DNA of 63,774 bases, the filler included, from Licmophora abbreviata (taxonomy: Eukaryota): assembly GCA_900291995.1 (NCBI GenBank). It is 8 parts of 8 records of this genome, joined end to end, with 100 filler letters (N's around TTAATTAATTAA, not from the genome) between each part and the next. Parts side by side here need not be neighbours in the genome. Positions count along the whole stretch, not along the records: positions 4,693 to 29,141 come from OLMU01005333.1; positions 29,242 to 33,948 come from OLMU01005334.1; positions 34,049 to 46,027 come from OLMU01005335.1; 5 more parts are not named here. One strand, written 5' to 3'. The position numbers and the translations under genes are program-made. Position 1 is the first letter of the stretch. Every line of letters begins with the position of its first letter. The notes beneath the pieces were generated by a model. It made no database searches. It worked only from the letters and a program-made list of their open reading frames with translations, and had not been told where the DNA came from. Below, in pieces: positions 23,101 through 35,300 of this stretch.

Positions 23101-24225
23101 TTGGATCGCGGACTAATGGACATCGCTGTGCATCCCGACTTTTCAAATGGAAAGCCATATGTGTACCTGCTATTTTGCTACGAAGGAATTGATCCAAGTC
23201 TTTTGCCTGATGACAAGTATGCGGGCCGTGATCGCGGAGGGAACCGAGCTGGCCGATTGATCCGTGTGACGGCCGATGCTGGGAATAGCTACAAGACGGC
23301 CGTCGCCGGAAGCGAGGTTATATTGCTTGGGAAGCAGAGTACCCGAGACCATTTCAACGCCTACATTGATAGCACCACTGTTTTGTCGGCACGGCCGGCA
23401 GGTGGGCCTGTGGACGGCGTGTACGTGCAAGACTTTATCAATAGCGACTGCAAATCGCATACCGTTGGCAGCTTGGCCTTTAGTCCCGACGGTTTGGCAC
23501 TTTACGTCTCGACGGGCGATGGAGCGAGTTATAATAAAGTCGACGGTCGCGCCATGCGTGTTCAAGATATTGACAGCCTGTCTGGGAAGATTCTCCGCAT
23601 CGATCCTATTTGGGGCGGGGGCTTGAGTGACAACCCTTTCTTCGATGAAACTAATGACGTCAACGCAAACAGTGCCAAAGTGTGGATGACTGGACTTCGA
23701 AACCCGTTTCGCATCGCAGTCGATAAAGTTACAGGTCAATTGTTCATTGGAGAGGTTGGATGGTCGAGTTGGGAAGAAATCAATACTGGGACGAAAGGAG
23801 AGAATTTTGGTTGGCCGTATTACCAAGGTGCTGAACGAAATACGCGTGGATACGCAGACTTGCCAGAGTCCCAAGCCTTTTACTCCTCGGGGATTGAGGC
23901 CACGCCACCACTCTACGCGCTCAGTCATCAAGCAGATGGCATCAACGCCATAATATTGGGCGCAAAACTGAGTAGCGCTTACTATGGCACTGACTACCAG
24001 GGGAGCCTTTTCTTCAACGACCTGGGTCAGGGAATCGTTCGACATATGTCCTTTGGTGCCGACGGCACCGTTGAATCTGTCGACGTCTTCGTGAGAGGTA
24101 TGAAGGCGGTGGTCAACATGAGAGAAGGTCCAGACGGAATACTCTATTACACAAATATTGCCGACGGCAAGGTTGGTCGATTGGAGACACAACGAGGGAG
24201 GCGATCCAGATATATGCGAGTATAG
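20170..24225 (+). CDS. 1351-aa secreted or surface mosaic: 2 Ig-like repeats, an intervening Cys/Gly domain, Pro/Thr linker, Calx-beta, legume(L)-lectin, and glucose/sorbosone (PQQ-type) dehydrogenase beta-propeller
   Basis: Signal/anchor at N-terminus. Repeats [10 protein letters not shown]...[12 protein letters not shown]...TATPY and [10 protein letters not shown]...[12 protein letters not shown]...RATSY. Calx-beta [20 protein letters not shown]. Lectin LQLNGAA...FQSSFSF...DGLTF...AEIDT...NHVGL...VWIDYNG...[13 protein letters not shown] motifs [58 protein letters not shown]. Confidence 0.9.
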   Translation: MSAYAALAGLSILFIVIYVGMQGQLKPSIFGIGAMRGTENAGLVDASGRVLQPSPVVTSFTLIDAVSNTPISPLADGDIVDVRVVGFDLNIRANVEGQPGSVKFAMNSKDLMTENKPPFAAFGDASGNYNSESLPLGINYVTATPYEGSSASGPVGTPLTITITVVSTSTNNDADVPDESCEVGELVCIDFSATPEGTKVNHGDYVKSQWFDAYGMTIVAAATNGGYTPDGKARIFDTTTIDSEDADLASPNKMCPVPGPGEGAGGVTGADGENCNPNGEGNIIIIQEENKVEPDDNAFGGTIQFVFDCPVERLSSIGLMDIGVSDVDYFEITKSDSSPNVRQTIVGLGDNSIQNEVFEQTEKVSSVDIVVSNALGVRHICFCYEDCVKPTPGQDPAPMTPAVVSLTLINADTNEEIRTLIDGEAFVEPDFNINIRAMVVAEEGVGSIVFGLNGNPDYRTENMSPFALGGDSEGDYAPWAYTLGEQTIRATSYSGSNGSGNIGSAFDIAFTILPAASPTPPPVSPSPTLSPTPSPTSDPTPAPSTRFPTPVPTPAPTPDPTPAPSTLVPTHEPTATSTPDPTQKLNPGLLALATSNVVVDRGASYAFITVIRIQGSDGPATVDFATQPDTALPAVDYIPQTGTLTFADGVTEQTFAIQLVSDAIPQPTKEFKITVDNPAGVDILAPRTATVTIVGNELPNYRDFSSVAGLQLNGAARQVGNILQLTYSADQAGSVFSKKAVALANDGSFQSSFSFRMLGGSSGNDGLTFTLQNEGPGALGGPGSKLGFDGISSAVAAEIDTTNSLPSDIADNHVGLNSGSVNNVLTQAIAGFDFNDGGIYYVWIDYNGVSDSMSVYISDSATKPPYLLIETEIDLELAVGPQAYFGFTAGTGVNGNVQQVLSWSLDQTTPSFDPPTDPKLSITKVDMFTSVTAPLALAWLPDGTMLIAEKGGIVLVANGDTLESEPFVDISDDVNDFLDRGLMDIAVHPDFSNGKPYVYLLFCYEGIDPSLLPDDKYAGRDRGGNRAGRLIRVTADAGNSYKTAVAGSEVILLGKQSTRDHFNAYIDSTTVLSARPAGGPVDGVYVQDFINSDCKSHTVGSLAFSPDGLALYVSTGDGASYNKVDGRAMRVQDIDSLSGKILRIDPIWGGGLSDNPFFDETNDVNANSAKVWMTGLRNPFRIAVDKVTGQLFIGEVGWSSWEEINTGTKGENFGWPYYQGAERNTRGYADLPESQAFYSSGIEATPPLYALSHQADGINAIILGAKLSSAYYGTDYQGSLFFNDLGQGIVRHMSFGADGTVESVDVFVRGMKAVVNMREGPDGILYYTNIADGKVGRLETQRGRRSRYMRV
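21710..21915 (+). repeat. Pro/Thr/Ser-rich imperfect coding repeats (PTPxPT linker)
   Basis: [49 protein letters not shown]. Confidence 0.8.
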
Positions 24226-24416
24226 GAGTCGATTTGATTGAGATTAGGTACGAGCAGGGATTCGTCCCATGTCTAGCATAGTCGTTTGAAAGGCGACGTG
24301 CGTCAATAATAGTGATCACATAAATAAGCGTTCAGTCTCAAGGGAGGGCGGCGAGGACGAAAACAAATAGAGCAAGCCGTTGTTCATATTGAGTAATCGG
24401 CATTTGTTCCTGCAGA

Positions 24417-26900
24417 CTAGTCAACATTGCATGAAGGCCGCACGACATCGCTGTCATTGAAGAATAGCATCCACTTTCGCTCGCCGGAGTCCAGATTGGT
24501 GCTGACAACTGAGTGGCCTTTAGTCGTGGTCACGTCCCCGTCAAACACGAGGCTCCTCGCGGGCAGCCACGCCGAGTAACTGCAGACGTATCGATTCGGA
24601 TGAGAAATGTTGAACCGCTCACTGATTGCATCCACACTTACGTCGTAGGCGAAGAAGCCATCGAAATTCTCGGTCTCGGTAGATGTCCAGATCCTAAGAG
24701 GAATGATAAGTATGCCTTGGTTCGTCATCGCGTCTGAATCGGAGTCTGCAGTGTCCAATCGCAGGTAGCGGAAGGCTCGATGGTCCCACTGAACCGTACT
24801 CGACGGCCAACGGCCGTCATCGTTGGAGATAACCTCTCGTCGCAGCAGCTGTGGGTCTGTCGGAACGCGCGAATCAAACAGACTTATCTGAATTCCCATC
24901 GGTGTTCCGTTCTCGTCCGCTTCCTCCCCTACCGCAAGAATGATGGAGTTGTCGTCGTTGATAGAATGCAGATAGCTCGAAAACCCCGTCACGTTCAGCT
25001 CACCGAGTACGATGGGACTCGTTGGAACACTCAGATCCAACACATAGAAAGGATCTTTCCGCTCGTACGTGACGGCGTACGCAATGTTGTCGAAAAACCG
25101 CACGGCAGTGAAGGTTTCTCTTGGATGCCCAAGATCAGAGATCCGTCCGACTTCAGTCAGATTCGAATTACCCGAAGTTAAGTCTGGGATGCTGAGAATG
25201 ACGACCTGATTCTCCGTCTCAGGGGATGGCGGCACCACCGTGGTCTCCGTTGGTACTCCCCCGGGTTCATCGACAAAGGGGCGAAAGTTGCGAACGGTCG
25301 TTGCGATCCGTATGTGACCTGAGAGAATGTCAACGGCAAACTGATCAATCACATGTCCAGATGTCATGCCGATCGCTGCGGGAGTAGCCGACGCACCCAG
25401 CAGCTCAAAACAGAGCAGGTACGTCGTGTCGACGCTGCCAAGCAGTTCGGGGTCAAAGTTCCAGCCTTGTCCCATGATGGCAATCATTTCACTGGTTGCG
25501 TAAGTGAATCCCCATCCAGACGGCATCAGTGCACCGCTCATCGACACTTCCAAATCCTTCGACGAATCTGTCATGTCCAACGATACCACTTGGGCCAATC
25601 CGTCAATGATTGACCCATCGTGGACGAGGCGCTCAAACTCGCTGCTATTTGATACCGTTGTCTGCCACAGCACAATCTGAGCTAAGTCAGGAAGCAGACC
25701 GTTGTAAATGGAGAGATCTCGGACAACAGCATCGACGAATTCAGGAATTAGCTCATTGGTCGCAAGGAGTCCAGCCGCTTCGACATACTCTTCGTCCGAC
25801 AGTCCTTCCAAGTTCGGCCGGGAGCGCGAGAGCGGGTCATAAAAAAAGTGATTGTAGTTCATCCACGAGAACGTCACAATATGAGCATTGTTGTCGATGG
25901 ATCGAGCTTCCGAAAAGTAGCCGTTGACGTGGGTTTCCTTGAGAAAAGTGAGGTCGCCCAAGTCGGAAGTCTGGTAGATGCGAATGTTCGTCGACAAGAC
26001 CTCGCCAATAGCTGGTGGTTTCGATTCGTATGAGTATCCAAGTTCTTGCTGCTGCGAGGACCCATATCCACTCACAATGACGACAAGGCGGTTGGAGTTC
26101 AAGAGTAGAGACTGGATGAGAGGTCGGTCATAATAGGGGCCTTCAGCGACGCTCGTCTTTCGGCCGCCATCGGCTGGCTCGGGTAGTATTGGCGTTGACG
26201 GGGGCACTGGTATCTCAGGTAGAGTAACGTTGGTCGTCGACTGACCCGTCAGGGCGTTCCATACTTTGATAGTGTCACCGTAGGCTGCATAGACATAGGT
26301 TCCATCTGACTTAATCAGATCGCCCTCGTCAACGCCCTGCTCCTGGTTGTTGGTCTCAAAGTCCGTAGCGCCGTCAGCAGAAGGTCCGTCGGCCGTCTCG
26401 GAAGCAGTGTCAGCGGGACCAGCCGCAGGTTGGTCTTTTCCTTGATCGTCGAAAGCAACTTCAGGTTGGTTCTGCTGAAGGTTCCGTTCGACGACGTGAT
26501 TCACCAAGAACTTGCAGGCTTCGATGAGGTCGGTTCGGAACTGAGATTCGTTGGTGTACGATTTTGACATTTGCGTGCCAAACAGAGGAATTGTCGCATT
26601 GAAGATAAGGCCTGAGGCTTTCAGATAATTTCTCGTCGAGTCTGTCTCGTAGGGTTCATCCGTCGGTCTATCAGTAACGGCACTCGAGTCGCTGTCACCC
26701 GTCAAGAGTAGCGTGGGAATCGCCACGCCAGCTGCGATCACGGCGACAAGACAGATTCCGAAGAGCCAACGAAGCTTCCGTCTTCTACCATCGGGGCCAT
26801 CGTCCTTTCCGCTGGCAAGTGCTGACTTGTCTTCTCGCTCCGCTGGAAGGCCCTGCTCCGCTTGAGCAAAGGAATCGTTCGTCTCGCCGGTGCTGTTCAT
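24417..26900 (-). CDS. Type II membrane protein with Beta_propel-type (bacterial secreted beta-propeller) domain, intronless
   Basis: TM segment after RRRKLR. Family motifs TNNQEQGVDEGDLIKSDG, IDQFAVD..GHIRIATT, FTAVRFFDNIAYAVTYERKDPFYVLDLS.P..P.VLGEL.VTGFSSYLH. Confidence 0.9.
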   Translation of the reverse strand: MNSTGETNDSFAQAEQGLPAEREDKSALASGKDDGPDGRRRKLRWLFGICLVAVIAAGVAIPTLLLTGDSDSSAVTDRPTDEPYETDSTRNYLKASGLIFNATIPLFGTQMSKSYTNESQFRTDLIEACKFLVNHVVERNLQQNQPEVAFDDQGKDQPAAGPADTASETADGPSADGATDFETNNQEQGVDEGDLIKSDGTYVYAAYGDTIKVWNALTGQSTTNVTLPEIPVPPSTPILPEPADGGRKTSVAEGPYYDRPLIQSLLLNSNRLVVIVSGYGSSQQQELGYSYESKPPAIGEVLSTNIRIYQTSDLGDLTFLKETHVNGYFSEARSIDNNAHIVTFSWMNYNHFFYDPLSRSRPNLEGLSDEEYVEAAGLLATNELIPEFVDAVVRDLSIYNGLLPDLAQIVLWQTTVSNSSEFERLVHDGSIIDGLAQVVSLDMTDSSKDLEVSMSGALMPSGWGFTYATSEMIAIMGQGWNFDPELLGSVDTTYLLCFELLGASATPAAIGMTSGHVIDQFAVDILSGHIRIATTVRNFRPFVDEPGGVPTETTVVPPSPETENQVVILSIPDLTSGNSNLTEVGRISDLGHPRETFTAVRFFDNIAYAVTYERKDPFYVLDLSVPTSPIVLGELNVTGFSSYLHSINDDNSIILAVGEEADENGTPMGIQISLFDSRVPTDPQLLRREVISNDDGRWPSSTVQWDHRAFRYLRLDTADSDSDAMTNQGILIIPLRIWTSTETENFDGFFAYDVSVDAISERFNISHPNRYVCSYSAWLPARSLVFDGDVTTTKGHSVVSTNLDSGERKWMLFFNDSDVVRPSCNVD

Positions 26901-27298
26901 GGTTAATGATGTGAAGTAAAAGTTATTTGACTTCGCGTTGCTGCATTTCAGAATGTTATCCTTGGGCCTTTCCTCGGAGTTCCACGCCGATATCAAACAT
27001 ACCGGTAGGACCATTTTTCATACCAAAGAAATTCGAAATGATACTTTCTACAGTTTTCTTACTTAAAATATACAGTACCGTGCGACGGATGTACCGAATG
27101 GATTCAGCAACCCTTCTTTCAACTTGCTTGCAAAACTTCTGAAACTGATGATGAGCTTCGTACCATGTAGCTCCAAACGAAAGGCATCGATCGCACGAAC
27201 TGACCAACACAACACAAGGCCAACAAACGTAATCATCCCTACGTACTTCGTGCATGATTTCAGTCCAAACATTTAGAACTGCACGAGCCAACGAGCAC

Positions 27299-28308
27299 TC
27301 AAGCCCTGATCTTTGCCTCTGGAGACTTCGCAACACCAGCATGACTGTAACTTTCCTTCAAGGCGGAGTCCACTTGCGTCCCTGCTTTCGCTTTCGCACG
27401 TTTGACAAGTCCAGCCGCTGAATAAAAGTCATGATTGGTCGTAAGAAACGTGTGCACCTCGGCCATTGTTTTGTATTGCGGAGCCAGCTTATCCTTGACG
27501 GTTCTCGTGCCCTTTTGTTCGTGAGGTCGACGAGCTTCCAAGCCCTCGGGCGGCACACCAATGTTCTCGGAAGCCAAGTAGTTCAATTCGTAGTCGTAAC
27601 TTCCAGGAATACTGTAGATCCAATCGAAAATGGCCTTGGTTCGCTCCATGTGAAACTGTGGGAAAGAAACGATTAGCGGGTGCCCTAGGGTGAGGGGAGA
27701 TAAATGTACGTCGGCATACAACCACGACAGCTTACCTCGTTGGTGACAATCAGCAGGTTCTTCCAGCCGACGATATCGGTGTGTATCGTCCTAGCGAAGA
27801 ACGCATTCCCTATGGTGTCGTAGCTGGTGGTTTCCAAATAGACGTTGTCAATCATGTTGTGTTTTTTTTGTAGATATGCTGCCGAGGCTGTACTTTCCCA
27901 AACGGGCAGACCGTCCGGACTGAATAGAGACTGGGGCAAATGTGCTGTCCCAGCTGACAAGCAGAGAATGGGCAATGTTTCCTTGCTCGGCTGCAGTTCC
28001 TGGCGTCGAGCGACAAGATCGGCTGCATCGTCGCATCGCCGTTGAGTAAAGACAGGTGGTTCTTCCAGTGACAGAGGCACGCCGCCGCCAAGTACGACAA
28101 TACAGTCCAAACGCTTGAGAAGCGAATCGGGCAATTCCTTGGGGAGATTAAATATCGTAGCCTGGCGTCGGCTGGAAAGCGATGCCCATTTGAATCCGAA
28201 GAAGAATGGCGTTGCCACGGCAGCTATTGCTAGAAGTAGCGCATTTCGCCGTGATCGAAGGATTGCAGTCGCTCGACTACCACTCGTGCGTACGGGCAAT
28301 CGCTGCAT
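27299..28308 (-). CDS. DUF218/YdcF (ElyC/SanA-like) family protein with N-terminal TM anchor; exons 28308-27736, 27655-27299
   Basis: CIVVLGGG, LSAGTAH, ESTASAAYL, ETTSYDTIGNAFF, and VTNE|FHMERT across intron 27656-27735. Confidence 0.88.
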
Positions 28309-28857
28309 TCTCACTACCCCTTTAGGTCTATTCTCTCAACGGCAAAATTGGGGGAGTTGTCTTCTCCTGCCGATGTGCCGCTTGAGAAGAAGAGGAGATC
28401 GTTGCTGCCTCTGCGAGGGGAATGCCCCGTTGTGTAATGAAAAGGCGACGACGACGAAGGCATATGAAACTTCCGAGCTCTTTTTCAAGTTTTCAAATTT
28501 GAGAGAGTTTGGAAATTAAAAAGAGAAAGATCCAATAGATACTAATCGAAATAGCTCGTATTGTTGATCCGCAATTCTATCTTATTCTACGCACCCACGA
28601 GCTCGTCCGACACAGCCCCAGAAGCGCCACCACAGTTACCGACAGATTCAAGATCGGCGGCTGGGATCTTTCAAGTTGAAAGTTTGACACCACTGTTTGT
28701 TTTTGTTGATTTTGCATGTACTGTACCGGTAGAGCCAATAGACCTTTTCTACCGGTCTTATCAACTCAAGCAGGTTTATCGACTGCAGAACTGCCTCGGG
28801 GCGACGGCGCACTGCCATAACATCGAAAGCTGGCTCAGAAATGGCAGAGTCTTCGTC

Positions 28858-31800
28858 ATGCGTCGATTCTGTGGTATTGCTGCTGTTGCTCGGCACGTGA
28901 GTGCTGCTCGGCACGTGAGTGCTGCTCGACACTATGCGTACTGGACGCTATGGCTCATCGTCAATATTCAGCTTTGTCAGACGTCTGCCTTCGTGACAGC
29001 GCCCTCGCTACTGTCAGGGGGGAAACTCAACGTCCCCTCCGCTTCGGTGGCTGGATCAGACAGGTCTGTCGAACGTCATAAGGCACTATCTTCACTCAAA
29101 CTCACACCGCGAGACAGTGACGACATGGACGCACCAGACTCNNNNNNNNNNNNNNNNNNNNNNNNNNNNNNNNNNNNNNNNNNNNTTAATTAATTAANNN
29201 NNNNNNNNNNNNNNNNNNNNNNNNNNNNNNNNNNNNNNNNNTCTCTCTCTCTCTCTCTCTGTACACGTTACAGTTGTTCCTTGGAACCGAAGCTTATCCG
29301 GAGGAGGATTCCTTTTCGTCCTTCTTATCTGCCAACGGGGGCTCTTCTAACGCTTTCACAGACAGTGAGAACACAGTCTACTATTTCAACATGGAAGCGG
29401 AAGCTGAGGACAAATTGAAACAGGGATTGTCGCGCTTTGGATCGTTCTTTACATCTCCGCTTTTCACGCCGGGTGCGACGGATCGAGAGCTCAATGCGAT
29501 CGAGAGTGAAAACGCAAAGAATTTGCAGTCAGATATTTTTCGCCTCTATCAAATTGAAAAGTCAAGAGCCAACTCGAAACATCCTTTCAGCAAGTTCTAT
29601 ACCGGAAACAAAAAAACGCTAATGGAGGAGACCCGGCAAAAGGGAATTGACTTGAGGCAGGCCTTGGTTGACTTTTGGGAACAGTACTACTCCGCAAACC
29701 AAATGACATTGGCGATCGTCGCCCCACAGTCGATCGGTGCGCTAAAGAGGATTGTCAAGGACTCCTTTTCTGGTATTCCGAACCGGGATTCGCCTAAACC
29801 GGAAGTGTCATGGAGGGCTGTCCCTGCCTTTGGTGGCGGCGAGAGCGAGATCGACTCGTATGGGTACATTGTCCAACTCGTGCCGGTGCAGGACTTGCGT
29901 CAGCTCACGTTATCATGGCCGATTCTTTACCAGTCGGAGGAAGAACGACGATATTCGCAGCTCGTCAAGCAAGACACTTACGTGTGTCACCTGTTGGGTC
30001 ACGAAGGACCGGGATCTCTGCTCTCGTATCTGAAGCGGGTCGGTTGGGCCAACGCCCTGGGATGTTCGACTCAGAATGAACTATCAGATTTCGAGACTCT
30101 CGATATTACGGTTGAGTTGACGACGCAAGGCTTGGCCGCCGCTAAGGATGTAACTGGGGCCATCTTTACTTACCTATCGATGCTTCGAAGCGAGCCGATC
30201 CCAGACTACGTTTTTCGAGAGGTTCTACAGTTGGAGGAACTGGGATGGCGATATCTGACGAAAGGGAACACCGCCAACTATGCATCGTCGATCGCGACGG
30301 CAATGCAGCAGTATCCGCCTCCCTTGTACGTGGCTGGGCCGCGTCGACTTGCCTTGGCTGAGTCAGCCACTTCCCTTTTGGAGTCTAACGAGCCAAGGAC
30401 TATGTTCTCATCGCCCGAGCAAGAAGAAATGACGAAGAGGCTCACACGGGAACTGATCGACCGACTCACTTTTGACAAGGTCATTGTTACTGCACTGAGC
30501 AAGACGTTCGAGAACATAGCAGATAGGCGCGAAAAATGGTACGGCACAAAGTTTGCCGTTCGCCCGATATCGGCTCCAACTTTGAATCGAATGAAGAGTC
30601 CATTTCGTCCAAAGGAACTGGGGATTGCTTATCCGAAGCCAAATATATTCATTCCTTCGGAAGAAGGCCTGCAAGTGAAGAAGCCTCTCACGAAGACGGA
30701 TCGGCTGGCCAAGCGTTCGTTCGAATCGCGAATGAAACCCATTCCGCCACCCAGGATCATTCGCGACGATGGCTCTGAGGGACGTTGGACTGTCTACTTC
30801 AAGGAAGACGACAGATTTGGCCAACCAAAAGCATATGTTATTTTTCAGCTACTTACGCCGGACACTATGTCGACACCGTCGCGGGCTGTACTAGGCCAAT
30901 TGTACCAAACATGTGCAACAGATCGGCTCGAGGAATATGCTTACAACGCGCGACTAGCTGGTTTGTCATACGACGTGCAAATCCTGCCGAGAGGGATCCG
31001 GCTCACGTTTGGGGGATACCAAGAAAAGTTGCCAGAATTTGCTTCTTACGTGGGGAAAAAGCTGCTGACCGACAGCAAGAACAACGTGATTCCGAGAAAT
31101 ACAATCGAGTTTGATCGGTACAAAGACAATTTGATGCGAGCTCTTGCGGCGTTTGATGTAAAGCAGCCTTATGCCCATGCCTCTTACTATTCATATCTCA
31201 CGTTGAAGCCTCGTCGCTTCGAGTATACCAACACCGAACTCCGGAAGGCTCTACGGGAAACAAGTTTGGCCGATCTCGAAAAATATGTTGAATCACTGTG
31301 GTCATCTGGGAAAGGAGAAGCGCTGGTACAGGGAAATCTGGAGGCCGAAGACGCTCTGGCCCTCGTTAACACGATTGACGAAACCCTTGATTTCGAAGCT
31401 ATACCTGAAGCAGAGCTCCCGCCTCGTATTAAGGCACTCCCGCTCCCTTCCAACTCCAAGGTAACCCGAGTATCGATTGCCGAGCCCAACCCATCTAACG
31501 AGAATAGCGCGGCGCATGTCGTCCTTCAGAATATTGTCAGAACCGAGAAGGACCACGTTCTGATCGAATTGCTGAGCGCGATCGTCGAGGAACCTTTTTA
31601 CGATGATTTGCGTACCAAGCAGCAACTTGGCTACATTGTTGGATCTGGCATTCGTGCTGTTGAGGAGACAAGAACCATTGCTTTTGTTGTTCAGTCTAGC
31701 GTTGCTTCGGCCGATAGACTGGTCAGCAAGATCCTAGCGTTCCTCGACACTTTCGAAGAGAAGTCGTTGCGACCGCTGAACGATGGGGACATTGCTGTCT

Positions 31801-32171
31801 ACGTAAAGGGATTGATCGATCGAAAAACCGAACCAGACAAGACTTTAGCTACGGAGGTTACACGAAACTGGTCCGAAATCGCTAGTGGGCATCTTCAGTT
31901 CGATCGCGTTCAAAGCGAGACAGCCGCTCTGCTCGAAGTGAGGAAGGTCGACCTGCTCCGCTTCTGGGAGCGAATCTACAATAGCGGGGATCGTCGAATG
32001 CTGATAAGTACCGTCGTGCCTCGAGAAGGCCCAGCATCCAGTCCGGAGCCACTTCCAAGCACGGGCTACACGGCTAAGGATCTGGCCGACGGGTCAGAAA
32101 GCGTCTACCTTGGGTTAAAGAATATTCAGCAGTTCCGACAGGACCGTGAAGAAGACGAAATGGAGACTTAG
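28858..32171 (+). CDS. M16A metallopeptidase (insulinase/pitrilysin family), likely plastid-targeted; interrupted by the assembly gap
   Basis: 5' piece has signal + TSAFV. After the gap an acceptor CAG precedes LFLGTEAYP..NGGSSNAFT, RELNAIESE, HPFSKFYTGN, HLLGHEGPGSLLSYLK, FYDDLRTKQQLGYIV. The HxxEH motif would lie in the gap. Linkage of the two pieces is inferred. Confidence 0.88.
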
Positions 32172-32328
32172 TTCATTTCTAAGCAGGTGTACTGGTTTAC
32201 CAGTAGTCAGAGAAGCTGTCTCAGTAGAGTACCGATGTTCCGATGTCATACCGTACCGTGTATTGGGCATTCATGCGCACAATAACGTAGAGTCCCGAAA
32301 ACGCCAAAATCTACACGTGACCATGCTA

Positions 32329-35300
32329 CTACTTCTTCTTGAGCATAGAACTGATGAAACCAAGTCCACTGCCTATCACACCACTGCCACTGGTTTCTTC
32401 ACGACTGTGGGCACGCTCTCCCTTGTCTTTTCCGTACTTGCCACGCCGCTGAAGCTCACTGAGTGAGCGATCGTTTTGAATCGGCAAGAGAACGAACCGA
32501 CGCGACGATGGCAACGGGTTGTGCAGCAGCGGGGCCGCGTTCGAATATCCCCCGTCCAGTCCGACACTGTCGATAACAGAAGTGGGTGTATGGTCTTCGC
32601 CAAACAGCGGTGATAGGTACAGCTCGCAAACTTCCAGCACCAGGGCATGGTTGTCCCCTAACGAGCGCAGAATAGCAGGGCTCGCACTAGTATTGGACTT
32701 GTGCACAAGCTTTTCCGTCAGACTCGAAAGCTTGCCTAACGTTGCCGTCGATTCTTCAACTTTGCTCGCCCCATCGTTGCTCTGTTTCAAACCCTGACCG
32801 TAGGGATACTGGTTGCGCTTCAGGAAACAGAAGTGGAGAAACGTCACATCCGAATGTAGCTGCAGTAATGGCGACGGGCCGCAATCACCAAGCGACGTTC
32901 GTGCAGTCAGCTCTTTCCCGTCGTCAGATTTGATTTCCGCCATGCCGTCCTTCACTTCTTTGTCCATACAACCTGCGACCACCTCAAGCGAATGCTCTAG
33001 CACGGAGCACCGAACTGTATCGACGAGCGTGGGAATGTCCTTCGCGTCCGCGCATTGAATACCCAAAGCCGACGCATAATCGACCGAGGGGACTGGACGC
33101 AGAGAATCCGAGGGACACACACTCCGATTCAACACAGAAGATACGGACAACAGGAAGCCAACAATGTTCGGAGACGGGTTCCCCTCAATGAGTACTGGTG
33201 ACGAGCTTTCGGTACGATCCCCTGTGTGATAAATACGCGTCCACTCTGACTCGCTTGTGGTACAGGCCATTTCCACGAAGTCCTTGACGCCATTGACAAA
33301 CGTCATTTTGGAGTCAGCCAAGGCGACTTGCGCCCATGCCGTGAAACATTTTTTGATTAAGTCGTCCAGCGAACCCTGGATGGTGCCGAGAGCACTGTTG
33401 GGACCAGTCGTATCGTGTCGTAAACCCCTTGCAGACAACAAGGCGAGTTCGTTCAAGGTGACATTGGCGGGAGCGGCCGTACTGGACGGCGCCCCCGGTT
33501 TGACAGGAATATTGTCCGCCTTGGACGTTAGCAACAATGTTTCGCGTACCATCTCTCCCCCGTGGAAGGGTGTCCCTGAAAACGCCGAATCGACTGCCTC
33601 GGTGGCCTCCTCAAATGTGATGAGGCCATCGTCATTGTCATCAGCCAAGTCGAAGGCTGACTGCAACTCCAACAGCGAAATCATTCCGCTCGTACTACCA
33701 CCCGACATGGCTGACGGCGACGATCCTGGATTCAACAGGGTCGGGAGCGACGCCAATCGAAACTTGAGTAGATAACATAGTCGGCCCACAATCAACTCCT
33801 TGGTTGTCTCCGCATCACTTTGCCCAGTACGGTTCATGTGTTTTAGCATCCGACGGAGTTCACACAAGAGACGTCCCATGATTTCACATGTTTGTACGTA
33901 GAGAGACTGACGGAGACGACGTTCACTTTCTTCTCGCTCTTCAGCATGNNNNNNNNNNNNNNNNNNNNNNNNNNNNNNNNNNNNNNNNNNNNTTAATTAA
34001 TTAANNNNNNNNNNNNNNNNNNNNNNNNNNNNNNNNNNNNNNNNNNNNACGTAGAGAGACTGACGGAGACGACGTTCACTTTCTTCTCGCTCTTCAGCAT
34101 GCACGAGCAGCTCGTGTGCGTCGTCACTCACTTTGAGCAGAGCAGCATCAAGTTCGGTCGCAATATGTAGAGTGTTTCGATATGCTTCGTGCGGCAACAT
34201 GGCCGAGAATGGAGGAGCATTCGCCAGGGATGTGCGGAGTGCCGAAACGACACGAGCGTGCACCGAGTGAAAGGACGTCGTCAGCAACGAGTGCACAAGC
34301 GACGAGAAAGTGTTGGAGAAGAGGGCACTCCACAACGAGAACTTGCGTGGGACCTGCCCTATGGTTGCTTTGGAGGTAGGCTCGGAAGTATGGTGACTGC
34401 CATGGCTGAGCACGACACGGACGTCGACCATCGCATTCACAGCTTCTTCCCATGTACACACCCCGTTGCTGTCGAGACGTTCCATACATTCCACTCCGTC
34501 CGTCTTGTCGTACAGAGACTGTCGAATCTGTCCCAGTGCACTCGCGGTTGTTCCTGCAATTGAAGCAAGCACCGACTTCACCTTACTTCGAATCAAAGGT
34601 AGGTGGGCCGCTAAAAAGTGAGATGCCTTGGATTTGACCAAATCAGGATCAAACGCTGGCATGGACGCCATGACTGTCCGCACCATTTCAGGGGTACCGG
34701 TATCGGCCGGAAAGTTGCGCAAGCAAAAGATCTGGAATGGGTTGACAATAATGTCATACTGAAGAATCAACACAATTTTCGAAAGAATGATTTCGGCCTT
34801 GTGCGTTTCCCTCATCTCAGTATCGTGTTCTTGCTTGGCGACGTCTTTGGGAGCTGTGGCGAGTTGATTCAGGAGATGCAGAAGATGTTTGGCCTTGGAA
34901 GCGAAGTACAAGTCGAGAAGCGGGATGGACTTTTCCGTCGTTTTCTGCTCAACATCCAAGAGCCCGAGGGTGGCAAGTGCGGCCGCCGCTCTCGGGGCAC
35001 CACGATTGTCGTCCCCGGCTCCATTGACGGCGGCCCCGAGAATGACGTCCTTGGCAAGACGAATGGTCTTCTTCGGAAGCGTCTCGACTTGAAGATACGT
35101 CATTTTGATTTGCGTCATGAGCATAGGATCGAGGGGTGCAGTCTTATCTCGCGACGAGGGGGAGCATTTGGATAACGCATTGGCGAGAGGGTAGAGATCG
35201 GTACGTGAGGCGATGATATCAAAGAGCTGCCTGAGTGCCGTGGCCGCCTTGTGGACATCGTGAGTGTCTAAGGCTCGATGGACGACCCGTGGGAGTCGAG

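Noticed and set aside
11353..26900. Bacterial contamination explaining the intronless bacterial-like genes
   Set aside because: They share one contig with intron-containing eukaryotic genes, show no operon structure, and two have eukaryote-style anchors or stalks.
27148..27203. Box C/D snoRNA (ATGATGA...CTGA)
   Set aside because: Only 56 nt, no terminal stem and no recognisable rRNA guide.
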